Below are positions 1-9,354 of a DNA stretch of 24,000 nucleotides, in pieces. The notes under the pieces are model-generated. The model was given only the letters and a program-made list of their open reading frames with translations, searched no databases and had not been told where the DNA came from. Position numbers and translations under genes: made by a program. Each line of letters starts with the position of its first letter. Position 1 is the first letter of the stretch. The stretch comes from Candidatus Heimdallarchaeota archaeon (lineage in GTDB: Archaea; Asgardarchaeota; Heimdallarchaeia; Hodarchaeales; Hodarchaeaceae): contig DXJL01000206.1 in assembly GCA_019057635.1 (NCBI GenBank), positions 11,112 through 35,111 on the forward strand. The letters run 5' to 3'.

Positions 1-1
1 T

Positions 2-118
2 ACAAAAAATTCTCTAGCTGAATCTAAAGAGAAGATTCCAAAGCTTAAATTGGAGATTCAGCAATTAATTGAATCAATCAATGAAGAGAAGCAGAATCTT
101 CTCCAAACACTTGATTAG
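2..118 (+). CDS. 3' end of a coiled-coil protein whose gene starts upstream of the window (partial)
   Basis: Frame 2 is open from the window edge to TAG at 116-118 (TKNSLAESKEKIPKLKLEIQQLIESINEEKQNLLQTLD*). The composition is heptad-like and K/E/L/Q-rich. There is no start in the window, and it is too short for the ORF track. Confidence 0.35.
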   Translation, partial: TKNSLAESKEKIPKLKLEIQQLIESINEEKQNLLQTLD

Positions 119-891
119 AGAGTCTCCAAAATTTCAATTAACACTTCTGCAGCTGTGGCTTTTCTTACTCGTTGATTGCTCAGATCCATTATTTTTTGAT
201 TAGCTTCTGATAGCGTCTGCCCTTCAATTTCAGAGCGAACTTTTAAACTTTCAACCTTTGTCTCTAAAACCCTAGTTTCTTTTTGAAGGTCAACAAGCCA
301 ACGTCTAACTTTTCTTTCTTCCGTGGCTTTTTTGCGCTGTGTGGTAGCTAATTCGGATGAATATTCATCTTTTAAGGAATCATAAACTGCTCTCGACACA
401 TCCCCAGCTCTATTTTTATCTTCAATTTTTTCTAAACGCACGAGCCATTTTTTCTCTGCTTCTAGGAGCGTTTCTATTTCCAAAAATTCCGGTTTAAGGG
501 TATCTTTCTCCTTTTGTAGGGAATTTATTTTTTCTTGAAGCTTCGCTGTCTGATTAGTTGATTGTGCATCATCAATTAACCCGATCTCAAGCTTTTTCCC
601 AAGTTCATCAACATCTTTCAAGAGAGATTTCATTTCGTTATTGATTTGTTTCTTTCTTTTTCTAGCGTACAAAGAATCTACAACAGAACTGGGGATTTTT
701 TCAATTACATCTTCATGTACGGAGCGAATGGGTTCAGGAGAGGGTGTGTAAACATTTTCCACACGTCTTGCTACTGGAGGAGTAGTTGATTCATCTTGTC
801 CTCTTCGAATAGGACTTCCACAAAAGCGGCAAAATCGGGCCGTTTCACTGATTTCTTTCCCGCAATTCACACAATAAGTTGTTTGTGACAT
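115..891 (-). CDS. Zinc-ribbon plus coiled-coil protein, function unknown
   Basis: 258-aa ORF with an ATG start. The N-terminus has a CxxC...CxxC zinc ribbon (CVNCGKEISETARFCRFCG). The remaining ~190 aa are K/E/L-rich with heptad-like periodicity. Confidence 0.8.
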   Translation of the reverse strand: MSQTTYCVNCGKEISETARFCRFCGSPIRRGQDESTTPPVARRVENVYTPSPEPIRSVHEDVIEKIPSSVVDSLYARKRKKQINNEMKSLLKDVDELGKKLEIGLIDDAQSTNQTAKLQEKINSLQKEKDTLKPEFLEIETLLEAEKKWLVRLEKIEDKNRAGDVSRAVYDSLKDEYSSELATTQRKKATEERKVRRWLVDLQKETRVLETKVESLKVRSEIEGQTLSEANQKIMDLSNQRVRKATAAEVLIEILETL

Positions 892-931
892 TTTATGATC
901 CTTCTAATGGTTTAATTAGTACTTCCTGATC

Positions 932-948
932 GAGGTTTTTAAAACCTC
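932..948 (-). promoter_or_regulatory. Palindromic TATA-like element GAGGTTTTTAAAACCTC upstream of the zinc-ribbon gene
   Basis: Perfect 8-bp arms flank a T/A core about 41-57 nt upstream of the ATG at 891. The core looks like an archaeal TATA box, and the GAGG/CCTC arms could be an operator. Confidence 0.3.
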
Positions 949-1089
949 TATATCGGTGTTTAAAATTGAGTGCGTTCAATTTCTTTTAGAGAAAAAGGAA
1001 GATGATCCTTCTATTGATGAAATTAAGTGATCTAACAAAATAAATGGCAGTATAAAAGAAGTAATGCTAGTGAATAAAGAACAGCAGAG

Positions 1090-1164
1090 TGGACCGGACG
1101 GGATTTGAACCCGTGACCTCCTGATTGCCAACCAGGCGCAACTACCAGGCTGTGCCACCGGCCC
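1090..1164 (-). tRNA. tRNA-Ala (anticodon GGC), no encoded CCA, no intron
   Basis: The reverse complement GGGCCGGTGGCACAGCCTGGTAGTTGCGCCTGGTTGGCAATCAGGAGGTCACGGGTTCAAATCCCGTCCGGTCCA folds as a 75-nt cloverleaf. It has a 7-bp acceptor stem with the Ala identity pair G3:U70. The anticodon stem is CCTGG/TCAGG with loop TTGGCAA. The T arm is ACGGG-TTCAAAT-CCCGT. Confidence 0.93.
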
Positions 1165-1493
1165 ATGATGATTTCACGGCATCATACGTTGACACTCCTA
1201 CGAATTTTATCTCTTTTCACGAATAGTTTCGAATAATTCCCCATATGGATTTTGCCTTGTGTAACGACACCTTTCCTGCAAAATGCATTTTTATGTGGTT
1301 GCTTATCAGCTTTGGATGAAATGTTCAAACTAGTGAAAGGATGTGTTTTGCTAACAATTTTGGGGAAAACAAATTAAAAAAAGTAAGAATACAACTGAAC
1401 TGAAGACATCTGGTGTCTATCGCTATCTTTTAAAAAACATTCAGATTTATTGTCATAAAAATCATAAAAAACTTCTTTACGAGGAATTCTGAA

Positions 1494-2060
1494 ATGATGA
1501 CGGAAATTCGGATTGTATCACGAGGAGGTCAGGGTGGTGTTACTGGTGCTAAAATGTTAGCCTATGCAGGCCATCTTGATGGGAAATTTGTACAAGCTAT
1601 ACCGAAATATGGAGCTGAGAGAAAGGGAGCTCCAATATATGCAGATGTGAGAATTTCTGATGAACATGTGAAAACTCATGCCCCTGTTATAACTGAGAAT
1701 ACTCATAGTTGGATTGTATTAGAACCTTCGTTAGTTCAAACCATACCTTTGAAAAAGCTCTCACCTGATACCTTAATTATAGTCAATTCTCAAAGCTTCC
1801 CTGAATCCCTGAAAAGCGATGAAAAGCTAAAGATAGGAAAAGTTGATGCCGTGAAAATTGCGCGTGAATGTGGTCTGATAAAATCCGGAACTGAAATGGT
1901 TAGTACAATAATGTTGGGAGCTTGGGTGAAAGCTACTAGTTTAGTTAGCTTAGATTCCTTAAAAGAAGCAGTAAAACATCAGTTTGGGGAAGGAGCATTG
2001 ACCGATGCAAACATTCGATCAATTGAACTTGCTTATTCACAATTTGAATTCAAGGAATGA
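1494..2060 (+). CDS. porG: 2-oxoacid (pyruvate-type):ferredoxin oxidoreductase, gamma subunit
   Basis: 188 aa with the N-terminal motif IRIVSRGGQGGVTGAKML typical of POR/VOR gamma subunits. GAGGA lies 8 nt upstream of the ATG. It is the first gene of a gamma-delta-alpha-beta operon. Confidence 0.92.
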   Translation: MMTEIRIVSRGGQGGVTGAKMLAYAGHLDGKFVQAIPKYGAERKGAPIYADVRISDEHVKTHAPVITENTHSWIVLEPSLVQTIPLKKLSPDTLIIVNSQSFPESLKSDEKLKIGKVDAVKIARECGLIKSGTEMVSTIMLGAWVKATSLVSLDSLKEAVKHQFGEGALTDANIRSIELAYSQFEFKE

Positions 2061-2069
2061 AGGGTGTTT

Positions 2070-2360
2070 ATGATGAATGAAGATATAGAACTTAAAGATC
2101 CAGTTCTACCCCTTGGAAGACCTACACTTGGTTCTGCAGGTGAAACAGGGGATTGGAGAACATATAGACCGAAATTTATTGAAGAAAACTGTATTAAGTG
2201 TTATAAATGCTGGTTATCATGTCCAGAGGGCACTATCCGTGTTGATGCTCATGGAGAATACCCTTATATAGATTATATCTATTGCAAGGGCTGTGGTATT
2301 TGTGTTCATGTTTGTCCAGGAAGGAAGAAGCAGAAAGCCTTGGAAATGATTCCCGAGTAG
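2070..2360 (+). CDS. porD: 2-oxoacid:ferredoxin oxidoreductase, delta subunit (2x[4Fe-4S] ferredoxin-like)
   Basis: It has two CxxCxxCxxxCP motifs (CIKCYKCWLSCP, CKGCGICVHVCP). The size is about 96 aa. An ATG at 2070/2073 follows GGGTG, while the ORF-track start at 2064 is GTG. Confidence 0.9.
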   Translation: MMNEDIELKDPVLPLGRPTLGSAGETGDWRTYRPKFIEENCIKCYKCWLSCPEGTIRVDAHGEYPYIDYIYCKGCGICVHVCPGRKKQKALEMIPE

Positions 2361-2371
2361 AAGTGAAAGAG

Positions 2372-3520
2372 ATGGTACAATCACTAGAAAAACCCCAAAC
2401 AAAGCTAATGACGGGTGCTGAAGCTGTAGCGACAGCTGCAAAACTCTCACGGCCCCAAGTTATAGCAGCATATCCTATTACTCCACAGACAAAAATTGTA
2501 GAGACATTATCAGGAATGGTTGCCCGTGGAGAGATGGATACAGAATATATCAACGTGGAAAGTGAACACAGTGCTATGGGTGCCGTAATTGGTGCATCGC
2601 TGGCTGGGACACGGACATTTACAGCCACTAGTTCACATGGTCTTCTGTATATGGGAGAATTAGTCTGGTGGGCTGGAATGACAAGAATACCTGTTGTCAT
2701 GCCAGTAGTCAATCGTTCTCTAAATCCTTGGAACATTTGGCCAGATCATCAAGATGCAATGGCCTTTCGAGATGCGGGGTGGATACAATTCTACGCTAAA
2801 AATAATCAAGAAGTTTTAGATCTTACGATTTGTGCATTTAAAATTGCAGAGCATCATAAAATCTGGATGCCCGTTATGGTATGTTTAGATGGCTTTATCT
2901 TAAGTCATACTTCAGCACAAGTAGAAATCCCATCCCAAGCAATAGTCGATGCTTTTCTTCCTCCTTTTGAACCGTTAGCTATGCTAGATCCCGATAACCC
3001 TTTTGCTCATGGTTCATTAACTGACTCAGAAGGAATCTGGGAACAACGAATGTCCCTAATTGATGGTTTTAACAATGCACGCGTTCTCATACCTCAGATT
3101 CTCAAGGAGTATACTGATAAAATAGGAAGGCTTGGAGATTATCTGATAGAAGTAACAGGTAACATTGAAGAAGCAGAATGTGCGATTATGGCATTAGGTA
3201 CTTTAGGAGAAGAAGCAGAACAAACAGTAGAATTTTTATCTGAAAAAAATATCAAAACGGTTGTTTTTCGACTTCGAGTCTTCCGTCCCTTCCCAAGAAA
3301 GGAGTTAATTTCTCTCATAAAGAGAGTTCCAAGACTACTCGTCATTGATCGTGCTGTTTCTTTCGGAAATGCTGGACAATTAGCAATTGAAATCCAAGCT
3401 GAATTATTTGCACATAAAGTAGATGTCTTATTCTATCAAAAAATCATGGGGCTAGGAGGAATGGATGTTACATATGCTGACATCGCCGTTGAGGTAGAAA
3501 ATATACTCAAGGAGGAATAG
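2372..3520 (+). CDS. porA: 2-oxoacid:ferredoxin oxidoreductase, alpha subunit
   Basis: The N-terminus MTGAEAVATAAKLSRPQVIAAYPITPQT is the canonical POR-alpha start. The ATG at 2372 lies just after the porD stop (2358-2360). The longer ORF-track start at 2282 would overlap porD by 79 nt. Confidence 0.92.
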   Translation: MVQSLEKPQTKLMTGAEAVATAAKLSRPQVIAAYPITPQTKIVETLSGMVARGEMDTEYINVESEHSAMGAVIGASLAGTRTFTATSSHGLLYMGELVWWAGMTRIPVVMPVVNRSLNPWNIWPDHQDAMAFRDAGWIQFYAKNNQEVLDLTICAFKIAEHHKIWMPVMVCLDGFILSHTSAQVEIPSQAIVDAFLPPFEPLAMLDPDNPFAHGSLTDSEGIWEQRMSLIDGFNNARVLIPQILKEYTDKIGRLGDYLIEVTGNIEEAECAIMALGTLGEEAEQTVEFLSEKNIKTVVFRLRVFRPFPRKELISLIKRVPRLLVIDRAVSFGNAGQLAIEIQAELFAHKVDVLFYQKIMGLGGMDVTYADIAVEVENILKEE

Positions 3521-3524
3521 AGAC

Positions 3525-4412
3525 ATGAATGTTAAAATCCCAGAAATGATGGATCGTCCTGAAGTATTATTACGTGGAAATTTTGCCTGCGCAGGATGTG
3601 GATTATCTATTGCTTATAAAACATCTATATCCGCATTAAATCGTCCTATTGTTGTTATACCTGCCTGTTGTTCCTCTGTAATACAGAGTTTGCATCCAAA
3701 TGTTGCTTATAATGTACCTACGCTGAATATCGCTTTTGCTGCTCATGCAAGTGCAGCTTCGGGAATAGCTCGGGCAAAAAAGATGCGAGGAGAGGACACA
3801 ACAACGGTAGTATGGTCTGGAGATGGAGGTACTTATGATATAGGATTATCAACTTGGTCTGGGGCGGCGGAGAGAAATGAGAATATAATACATTTCTGTT
3901 ATGATAATAATTTTTATTCGAATACAGGAGCTCAACGAAGTGGAGCGACTCCACGGGGTGCAGTTACAACTACAACTCCCAGAGGCAAACGAGAAAAGCG
4001 GAAAAGCATAGCTCGAATTATGGCTGCACACGATATTCCATATATTGCTACTGCATCAATAGGTTATCTTCGAGACTTGTACACGAAAGTCAAAAAAGCC
4101 TCAATGATTGAGGGGTATAGATTCATTCTGATTGATGCACCTTGTCCTACTGGTTGGAACTCTGATCCTGCAATCACCCCTGAATTAGGAGAATTGTCCG
4201 TAAAAACTGGTTATTTTCCTTTGTTTGAAATTGAAGAAGGAAAGCTCACCTTTAGCAAACGCGGAATACGCTATAAGGATCCCATAAACCGTCTATCAAT
4301 TGAAAAATACCTTGAAAAACAAGGACGATTCAAAAGTATGACATCAGAGCAGACAAAGTTGCTTACTGACGATTTACAGTATGAATGGGATATGTTATCA
4401 AAATTAGAATAA
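3525..4412 (+). CDS. porB: 2-oxoacid:ferredoxin oxidoreductase, beta subunit (TPP- and FeS-binding)
   Basis: 295 aa with N-terminal Cys ligands (CAGCG ... PACCS) and the TPP motif GDGGTYDIG...N. It starts 4 nt after the porA stop. Confidence 0.93.
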   Translation: MNVKIPEMMDRPEVLLRGNFACAGCGLSIAYKTSISALNRPIVVIPACCSSVIQSLHPNVAYNVPTLNIAFAAHASAASGIARAKKMRGEDTTTVVWSGDGGTYDIGLSTWSGAAERNENIIHFCYDNNFYSNTGAQRSGATPRGAVTTTTPRGKREKRKSIARIMAAHDIPYIATASIGYLRDLYTKVKKASMIEGYRFILIDAPCPTGWNSDPAITPELGELSVKTGYFPLFEIEEGKLTFSKRGIRYKDPINRLSIEKYLEKQGRFKSMTSEQTKLLTDDLQYEWDMLSKLE

Positions 4413-4448
4413 TCTAAAACTTTGATATCCTTCCATTTCTTTAAATTT

Positions 4449-4460
4449 CAGCTTTTTTGC
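4449..4460 (+). terminator. Oligo-T tract (GCTTTTTTGC) in the convergent gap between porB and elp3
   Basis: A T6 run at 4453-4458 lies about 40 nt after the porB stop. Archaeal termination commonly uses oligo-T tracts. Confidence 0.3.
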
Positions 4461-4461
4461 C

Positions 4462-6072
4462 TTATAAGGGTTTTCGCATATAAGGTCCAATCTGGCTAAA
4501 CCCTAATTTACGATAATAATCACGTACACCAAGACCGGATGTTACTAGGATTTTTCGATAATCTCGATCACGTGCGATTTCTTCTGCTTTTGCAATTAGC
4601 TTTGCCCCAAGTCCCCGATGTTGCCACTCTAGCTTTTTTGGTTCTTGACCAATTCCTACTAATTGACCATAAACATGAAGCTCTCGGATAATCACTGCAG
4701 ATTGATCTTTAATTTCAGGCCGATAAGATGCACTTGATGGTTCCCTAACTCGTAAAAATCCAAATAAAGTCTTTTTATCTTCAGTATCAAAGGATATGAA
4801 ATGTTCTATACCACCAGACGCTGGATATTCATATGTGTGTAACTTTCTTTCCTTTTCTGACCATGACTGATCCTTCCGAAGAATCTGATGTCCAACTTCT
4901 CTACATCGGATACAGGAACATACCCCTCCCTTGTTTCTAAGATGTTTATCTGCTAGTTCTCTGAGATTCCCATAACGCACTCCATCCGTGATTAAATAAG
5001 CAGGGATATCTCTTTGTACTCGTTGGATACGAACAAATTCTGGTGTGATTTCTTTAATTTTGGATATAACCTCAACCACTTTGTCTGAATTGTATGGTAC
5101 GTATTCTTTTTTCTGCCATAAATTGAACAATGGAGTATTTTGAAGTACTAATGTGGGGTAGATTTTTACAGCATCTGGAACATAGCGAGGATCTGTGTAC
5201 ATAGTTTTAAACATCTGTACGTCTTCTTCAGGAGTCTGGAATAGGTTAGGCATTAGATGTAAAGTGATTTTTAGACCTCCGTCCCGAGCAAAGCGAATTG
5301 CTCTTTCTACATCTTGAATTGTATGATGACGTTGCACGTGTTTTAAGACGTCATCCGATAATGTTTGTACTCCGATCTCGACCCACGTTCCCCCTAGTTC
5401 TAGAATTCTATTTACATGAGTTTTCTTGCAATAATCAGGGCGAGTTTCGAAGGTTATCCCGACATTACGTCTGAGACTTCGGTCAGAATAATCCTTAGCC
5501 ATCTGTAATGATGAGGATGATTCGCCAGTTATTCCATCAAGAGATTCTCTTATGTAATTCTCTTGATATTCTTCTGGGTTAGCTAAGAAGGTACCTCCCA
5601 TAATTACTAAGTGAACTTTATCAAGTGGATGTCCAATGGCTCTAAGCTGATTTAATCTAGCATTAACTTGCTTTTTTGGATCGAAATCATTTTGAATACC
5701 GCGCATTGCCGCTGGTTCTCTTCCAGTGTAAGATTTAGGGGCTCCTGGAACATCAGGACAGTAGATACATTTACCCGGGCAAGGTGACGGTTTTGTCATT
5801 AGAGCTACAACAGCAATACCACTTATAGTTCTAACTTTACGAACTCGCAGAAAAATTCGTAAAGATTCTTTATCGGAATTAGTCAAAATATCTGTCGATT
5901 CAACAAATTCTATAATTTCTGAATTTCGAACGAATCTATCTAAATTGTATTCCTTTGCCATTTTCCTCTTTAAACTTTCTAGCTTGGAATGCTTTAACCC
6001 AAGATCATTCACGAGAGCGACCACAATTGCTTCAAGAGCTTGATTCAATTTATCGGTTAAATTTTGAGCCAT
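4462..6072 (-). CDS. elp3: Elp3 homologue: tRNA U34 modification radical-SAM / GNAT acetyltransferase
   Basis: 536 aa with the radical-SAM cluster region SGIAVVALMTKPSPCPGKCIYCP and a TIM-barrel core. The C-terminus is a GNAT domain (QHRGLGAKLIAKAEEIA). The architecture is diagnostic for Elp3. Confidence 0.92.
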   Translation of the reverse strand: MAQNLTDKLNQALEAIVVALVNDLGLKHSKLESLKRKMAKEYNLDRFVRNSEIIEFVESTDILTNSDKESLRIFLRVRKVRTISGIAVVALMTKPSPCPGKCIYCPDVPGAPKSYTGREPAAMRGIQNDFDPKKQVNARLNQLRAIGHPLDKVHLVIMGGTFLANPEEYQENYIRESLDGITGESSSSLQMAKDYSDRSLRRNVGITFETRPDYCKKTHVNRILELGGTWVEIGVQTLSDDVLKHVQRHHTIQDVERAIRFARDGGLKITLHLMPNLFQTPEEDVQMFKTMYTDPRYVPDAVKIYPTLVLQNTPLFNLWQKKEYVPYNSDKVVEVISKIKEITPEFVRIQRVQRDIPAYLITDGVRYGNLRELADKHLRNKGGVCSCIRCREVGHQILRKDQSWSEKERKLHTYEYPASGGIEHFISFDTEDKKTLFGFLRVREPSSASYRPEIKDQSAVIIRELHVYGQLVGIGQEPKKLEWQHRGLGAKLIAKAEEIARDRDYRKILVTSGLGVRDYYRKLGFSQIGPYMRKPL

Positions 6073-6093
6073 TTGATAGATTCCCGATCAATC

Positions 6094-7131
6094 TTAGCGT
6101 GAAAACACTGCAAGTGAGAGTAGTAATGCCATAATTAACAGAAGAGTATGTACCAGTAATAATAGTTGTACATTCCTTTTTTCAGTAAGTTTAAAGTAGT
6201 AAGGAAGGATCCAATATGCCGTGTAAGGACAAGGTGCTACAATATTATTATCTTCATCTATTGTAGCAATCTTTTTTGTTTGTTGAGTTTTTAGGTATAA
6301 GATGAATAATGCAAAATTGATGAAATGGAGACCGAATGCACCAATTGCTAGTCGATCCATATTTCCGATGATCAGTGCCACTATTATTCCTGTTCCTAAT
6401 GTTAAGGTACCTGTATCTCCTATTAAGATTTTTGCAGGATACCAATTGAACAAAAGTAACACAATAAATCCTCCTAATAATGCCGAGGTAAACATTGCAA
6501 CTACTGGATCATCAACAAGAAAAGAAATAATTAAAATGGCAACCAAGGATATAACCCCATTTCCGACCTCGAGTCCATTAAAACCTGCCAACATATTGAA
6601 GGAGTTAAAGGCAAAATTAATGGCCAGTGGAATAATAATTAAGCTGTATAAGTTCAAACCACCAAGTGTCAAATCAATGTTTCCTAATATGCCCAAATTG
6701 ATACTACTATTTCCTACTTTCAACGCCATTAAAGGTAAGGCTGGTAAGAATCCTAATAGAATTTTATCTTTCCATTTTATTTTGAATACGTCATCAAGAA
6801 AACCAATTAAACCAGCGATTACTACACTCATCAACCCAGCAAGTAGGGGCACAAATGACTGCTCCTCCGTTGCTTCAGTAAAAGGGTAAACCTGTAGCTC
6901 AGTCATATACGCCCACCCGAAGATAAGAAGTAAAATTGTGATAATAAATGCTATCAGAGGCGCTAAACCTCCAGCTTCTGCAATTATGGGAGTATTTTTT
7001 TTGTGTGCATCAACAGTTGTTATACCTCGTTTGAGAGAAACATCTTTTACCCAAGGTACAAGAAATCTCGTTATTACTGCTGAAATCAGGAATGCAAATA
7101 CTGTAGTAGGAATAATTACGGCGGATAGCAT
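6094..7131 (-). CDS. Glycosyltransferase family 4 polyprenyl-phosphate HexNAc-1-phosphate transferase (AglH/WecA/MraY-like)
   Basis: 345-aa polytopic membrane protein. It has GFLDDVFKIKWKDK (the DDxxK motif) and NSFNMLAGFNGLEVG (the NxxNxxDGxxGL-type motif). It ends 21 nt before the elp3 start, so co-transcription is likely. Confidence 0.88.
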   Translation of the reverse strand: MLSAVIIPTTVFAFLISAVITRFLVPWVKDVSLKRGITTVDAHKKNTPIIAEAGGLAPLIAFIITILLLIFGWAYMTELQVYPFTEATEEQSFVPLLAGLMSVVIAGLIGFLDDVFKIKWKDKILLGFLPALPLMALKVGNSSINLGILGNIDLTLGGLNLYSLIIIPLAINFAFNSFNMLAGFNGLEVGNGVISLVAILIISFLVDDPVVAMFTSALLGGFIVLLLFNWYPAKILIGDTGTLTLGTGIIVALIIGNMDRLAIGAFGLHFINFALFILYLKTQQTKKIATIDEDNNIVAPCPYTAYWILPYYFKLTEKRNVQLLLLVHTLLLIMALLLSLAVFSR

Positions 7132-7264
7132 AATCTAACACTTTTTAATGCTCTAATATGTCCATTCTTCCAGAGAGAAGAATTGATTAAAAGATTTTAA
7201 CTAGCTGTTTTGTACGAATCTGTTTCATCAATATGTTTGAAATAGAACAAAAGAGGCTCTAACC

Positions 7265-8281
7265 GTGAAATGTATCATACCTGCAGCAGGTAAAGGAATT
7301 CGACTCCAACCACATACTCTAAATAAACCAAAAGCATTATTAACGTTAGGTAACAAACCTATAATTGCCCATATTGTAGATAAGATACTGGAAGCCAATA
7401 TTTCGGACATCATAATCATTGTAGGTTTTGAGAAAGAAAAATTGAAAAATTTTCTTCTTACAGATTATTCAGACAAATGTAATTTAACCTTTATTGAACA
7501 AAGAGAAAGAAGGGGACTTGGACATGCAATTTACTTAGCATCAAAATATCTGGACGGAGAACCGACAATAATCACGTTAGGTGATTCTCTCTATGAGAAC
7601 TCATATATTTCTATGTTGCAGGAGTATGATAAATGTAATACTTGGGATGGGTTATTAACCGTTAGAGAGGTTTCCAATCCCCACTCATATGGTGTTGTTG
7701 TTACTGACTCGCATTCATCCATTATTAAATCTATGATCGAAAAACCTCAAGATCTTATCTCTAATAAAGCAATTACAGGAGTATACATAATCCGAAATAC
7801 AAAAGCTCTTGAGGATAATTTGAAAGATATCGTTGAAACTAATTCTACTGGAGCCGGAGGAGAAATACAATTGACTGATGCTTTACAAAAGATGATAGAA
7901 AAGGGATTCACCTTAGGAGTGATTGATTCTGGGGAATGGTTCGATTGTGGGAATAAAGAATCATTATTAGAAGGAAATCGATTTGTCCTATCCTCTCTAC
8001 AAATATCTGAAATAAAAAGTGAAATTATCAACAGCAGTATTATTCATCCTGTAGTTATTGAAGCTGGTTGTTCCATCAGCAATTCGATAATTGGACCAAA
8101 TGTAAGTATTGCCCAAGAGACTACAGTTACAAGGGGAATAATATCCTCTTCCATAATTGGCTCGGGGTCAGTTATAAAAAATGTGAATATTAAAAATTCT
8201 ATTATCGGGAATGAGGTATCAGTGGAAGGAGAATTACACGATTTAAATGTCGGAGATAACAAAGAGATTCAGATTTCATAA
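7265..8281 (+). CDS. Sugar-1-phosphate nucleotidyltransferase with C-terminal left-handed beta-helix
   Basis: The N-terminus IIPAAGKGIRLQPHTLNKPKALL is the G-x-G-x-R-L NTP-transferase signature. The C-terminal ~90 aa show hexapeptide periodicity (IIGPNVSI..., IIGSGSVI..., IIGNEVSV). The start codon is GTG. Confidence 0.87.
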   Translation: MKCIIPAAGKGIRLQPHTLNKPKALLTLGNKPIIAHIVDKILEANISDIIIIVGFEKEKLKNFLLTDYSDKCNLTFIEQRERRGLGHAIYLASKYLDGEPTIITLGDSLYENSYISMLQEYDKCNTWDGLLTVREVSNPHSYGVVVTDSHSSIIKSMIEKPQDLISNKAITGVYIIRNTKALEDNLKDIVETNSTGAGGEIQLTDALQKMIEKGFTLGVIDSGEWFDCGNKESLLEGNRFVLSSLQISEIKSEIINSSIIHPVVIEAGCSISNSIIGPNVSIAQETTVTRGIISSSIIGSGSVIKNVNIKNSIIGNEVSVEGELHDLNVGDNKEIQIS

Positions 8282-8294
8282 GGAATTCACAGCC

Positions 8295-8594
8295 ATGACA
8301 AATAAAACGATTAAAGATTTCCAACAGTTGATGAAAGAGCTCTATCTTGATCGTGACCAACAACGGGGAATAGAAAAAAGTTTATTATGGCTACAAACAG
8401 AACAAGGTGAGCTAATAAACGCATATCTCAAAGAAGACACCTCAACAATGAATGAAGAAGTTGCCGACATATTCGCGTGGCTTTGTTCAGTATGTAATCT
8501 ATTTAAAATTGACCTCGAAACCGCTGCGTGGAGTAAATATCCCGATAAATGTCCTAAGTGTATGAAATCTCCCTGTAATTGTTTAGCAAAATAA
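8295..8594 (+). CDS. MazG-like nucleotide pyrophosphohydrolase with C-terminal Cys cluster
   Basis: Acidic helix motifs EQGELINAY and EEVADIFAWL match the EExxE/D pattern of MazG. The C-terminus is CPKCMKSPCNC. The ATG at 8295 is preceded by AGGAA and lies just after the upstream stop. The ORF-track start at 8247 overlaps the previous gene. Confidence 0.78.
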   Translation: MTNKTIKDFQQLMKELYLDRDQQRGIEKSLLWLQTEQGELINAYLKEDTSTMNEEVADIFAWLCSVCNLFKIDLETAAWSKYPDKCPKCMKSPCNCLAK

Positions 8595-8607
8595 AGAAAA
8601 ATTTCAA

Positions 8608-8617
8608 GCTTTTTTCG
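8608..8617 (+). terminator. Oligo-T tract (GCTTTTTTCG) after the MazG-like gene
   Basis: A T6 run lies about 15 nt after the stop, in a convergent intergenic gap. Confidence 0.3.
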
Positions 8618-8620
8618 AGT

Positions 8621-9349
8621 TCATTGCTCGTACACATTTTTTTTCCTGTCATATTCAATACGCGTCATTACCTGCCTTGCAGGTGAGCCCATCATCACAG
8701 CTTCTTTAGGAACGTTTTTTGTAACGATTGATCCTGCTGTTATAACCGAATTCTCACCAATGACAATTCCAGGAAGAATAACTGCTGCGATACCAATAAC
8801 TGCACCATCTTTTACGTGTGTTTCAATTAATCGACTACTCACTGGGTATAGATCATTTGTAAAGCGAACTCCCGGACCTAGAAAAACTTCATCTCCTAAT
8901 CTTACTTTAGGCGGAATAAAATTGTTTGATTGAATTCGTGCGTTCTTCCCTACGACAACATTTCCATCTATAATTGTCCCACTACCAATGATGCTCCCCA
9001 ATCCAATTTTGCACTTCTCACGAATCACCACATTTGTACCAGTTTCGACATGGTCTGCTAATTCTGTTCCCTCATAAATCGTTGTAAAAGCTCTAATATG
9101 ATTTTTTTTTCCAAGAATCGTGCCAGATGATTTTTTATCATAATGCATGTCTAAATTAGATATGCTTTCCTTTTTTGACATAATTTCTTTAGTTTTCGAA
9201 CGAATAGGATAACCAATGATGACCGATGGATCAATTATTGAATTTTCACCTATTATTGACGCACCATAAATAAAACTAGCATTTGATACGTATGGTGAGT
9301 GTATTTTTGCACTTTTAGAAAGAAAATTGGAAACTTCCATCATAAACAT
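8621..9349 (-). CDS. Hexapeptide-repeat (left-handed beta-helix) acyl/acetyltransferase
   Basis: 242 aa with repeated [LIV]-G-x-x-x-x units (IGENSIIDPSVIIG, IGLGSIIGSGTIIDGNVVVGKNARI, IGIAAVILPGIVIGENSVI). Confidence 0.85.
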   Translation of the reverse strand: MFMMEVSNFLSKSAKIHSPYVSNASFIYGASIIGENSIIDPSVIIGYPIRSKTKEIMSKKESISNLDMHYDKKSSGTILGKKNHIRAFTTIYEGTELADHVETGTNVVIREKCKIGLGSIIGSGTIIDGNVVVGKNARIQSNNFIPPKVRLGDEVFLGPGVRFTNDLYPVSSRLIETHVKDGAVIGIAAVILPGIVIGENSVITAGSIVTKNVPKEAVMMGSPARQVMTRIEYDRKKNVYEQ

Positions 9350-9354
9350 CTCAA

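Noticed and set aside
976-1158. 60-aa ORF on the minus strand
   Set aside because: It overlaps the tRNA-Ala gene (1090-1164) on the same strand. It has low-complexity sequence and no RBS. The tRNA cloverleaf explains the region.
2282-2371. Upstream extension of the porA ORF (412-aa version starting at 2282)
   Set aside because: It would overlap porD by 79 nt in another frame, and the extension has no similarity to POR alpha N-termini. The ATG at 2372, just after the porD stop, gives the canonical N-terminus.
2217-2736. Antisense ORFs (77 and 167 aa) opposite porD/porA
   Set aside because: These are shadow ORFs inside strongly supported coding regions. Their composition is low-complexity or atypical. 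The same reasoning rejects 3139-3345, 3718-3954 and 3849-4031 opposite porA/porB.
6254-7138. ORFs overlapping the GT4 membrane-protein gene: plus-strand antisense ORFs of 195 and 66 aa, and a 63-aa minus-strand ORF (6254-6445) in an alternative frame
   Set aside because: These are shadow or alternative-frame ORFs inside a hydrophobic-protein gene. They have K/N/P-rich nonsense composition and no motifs.
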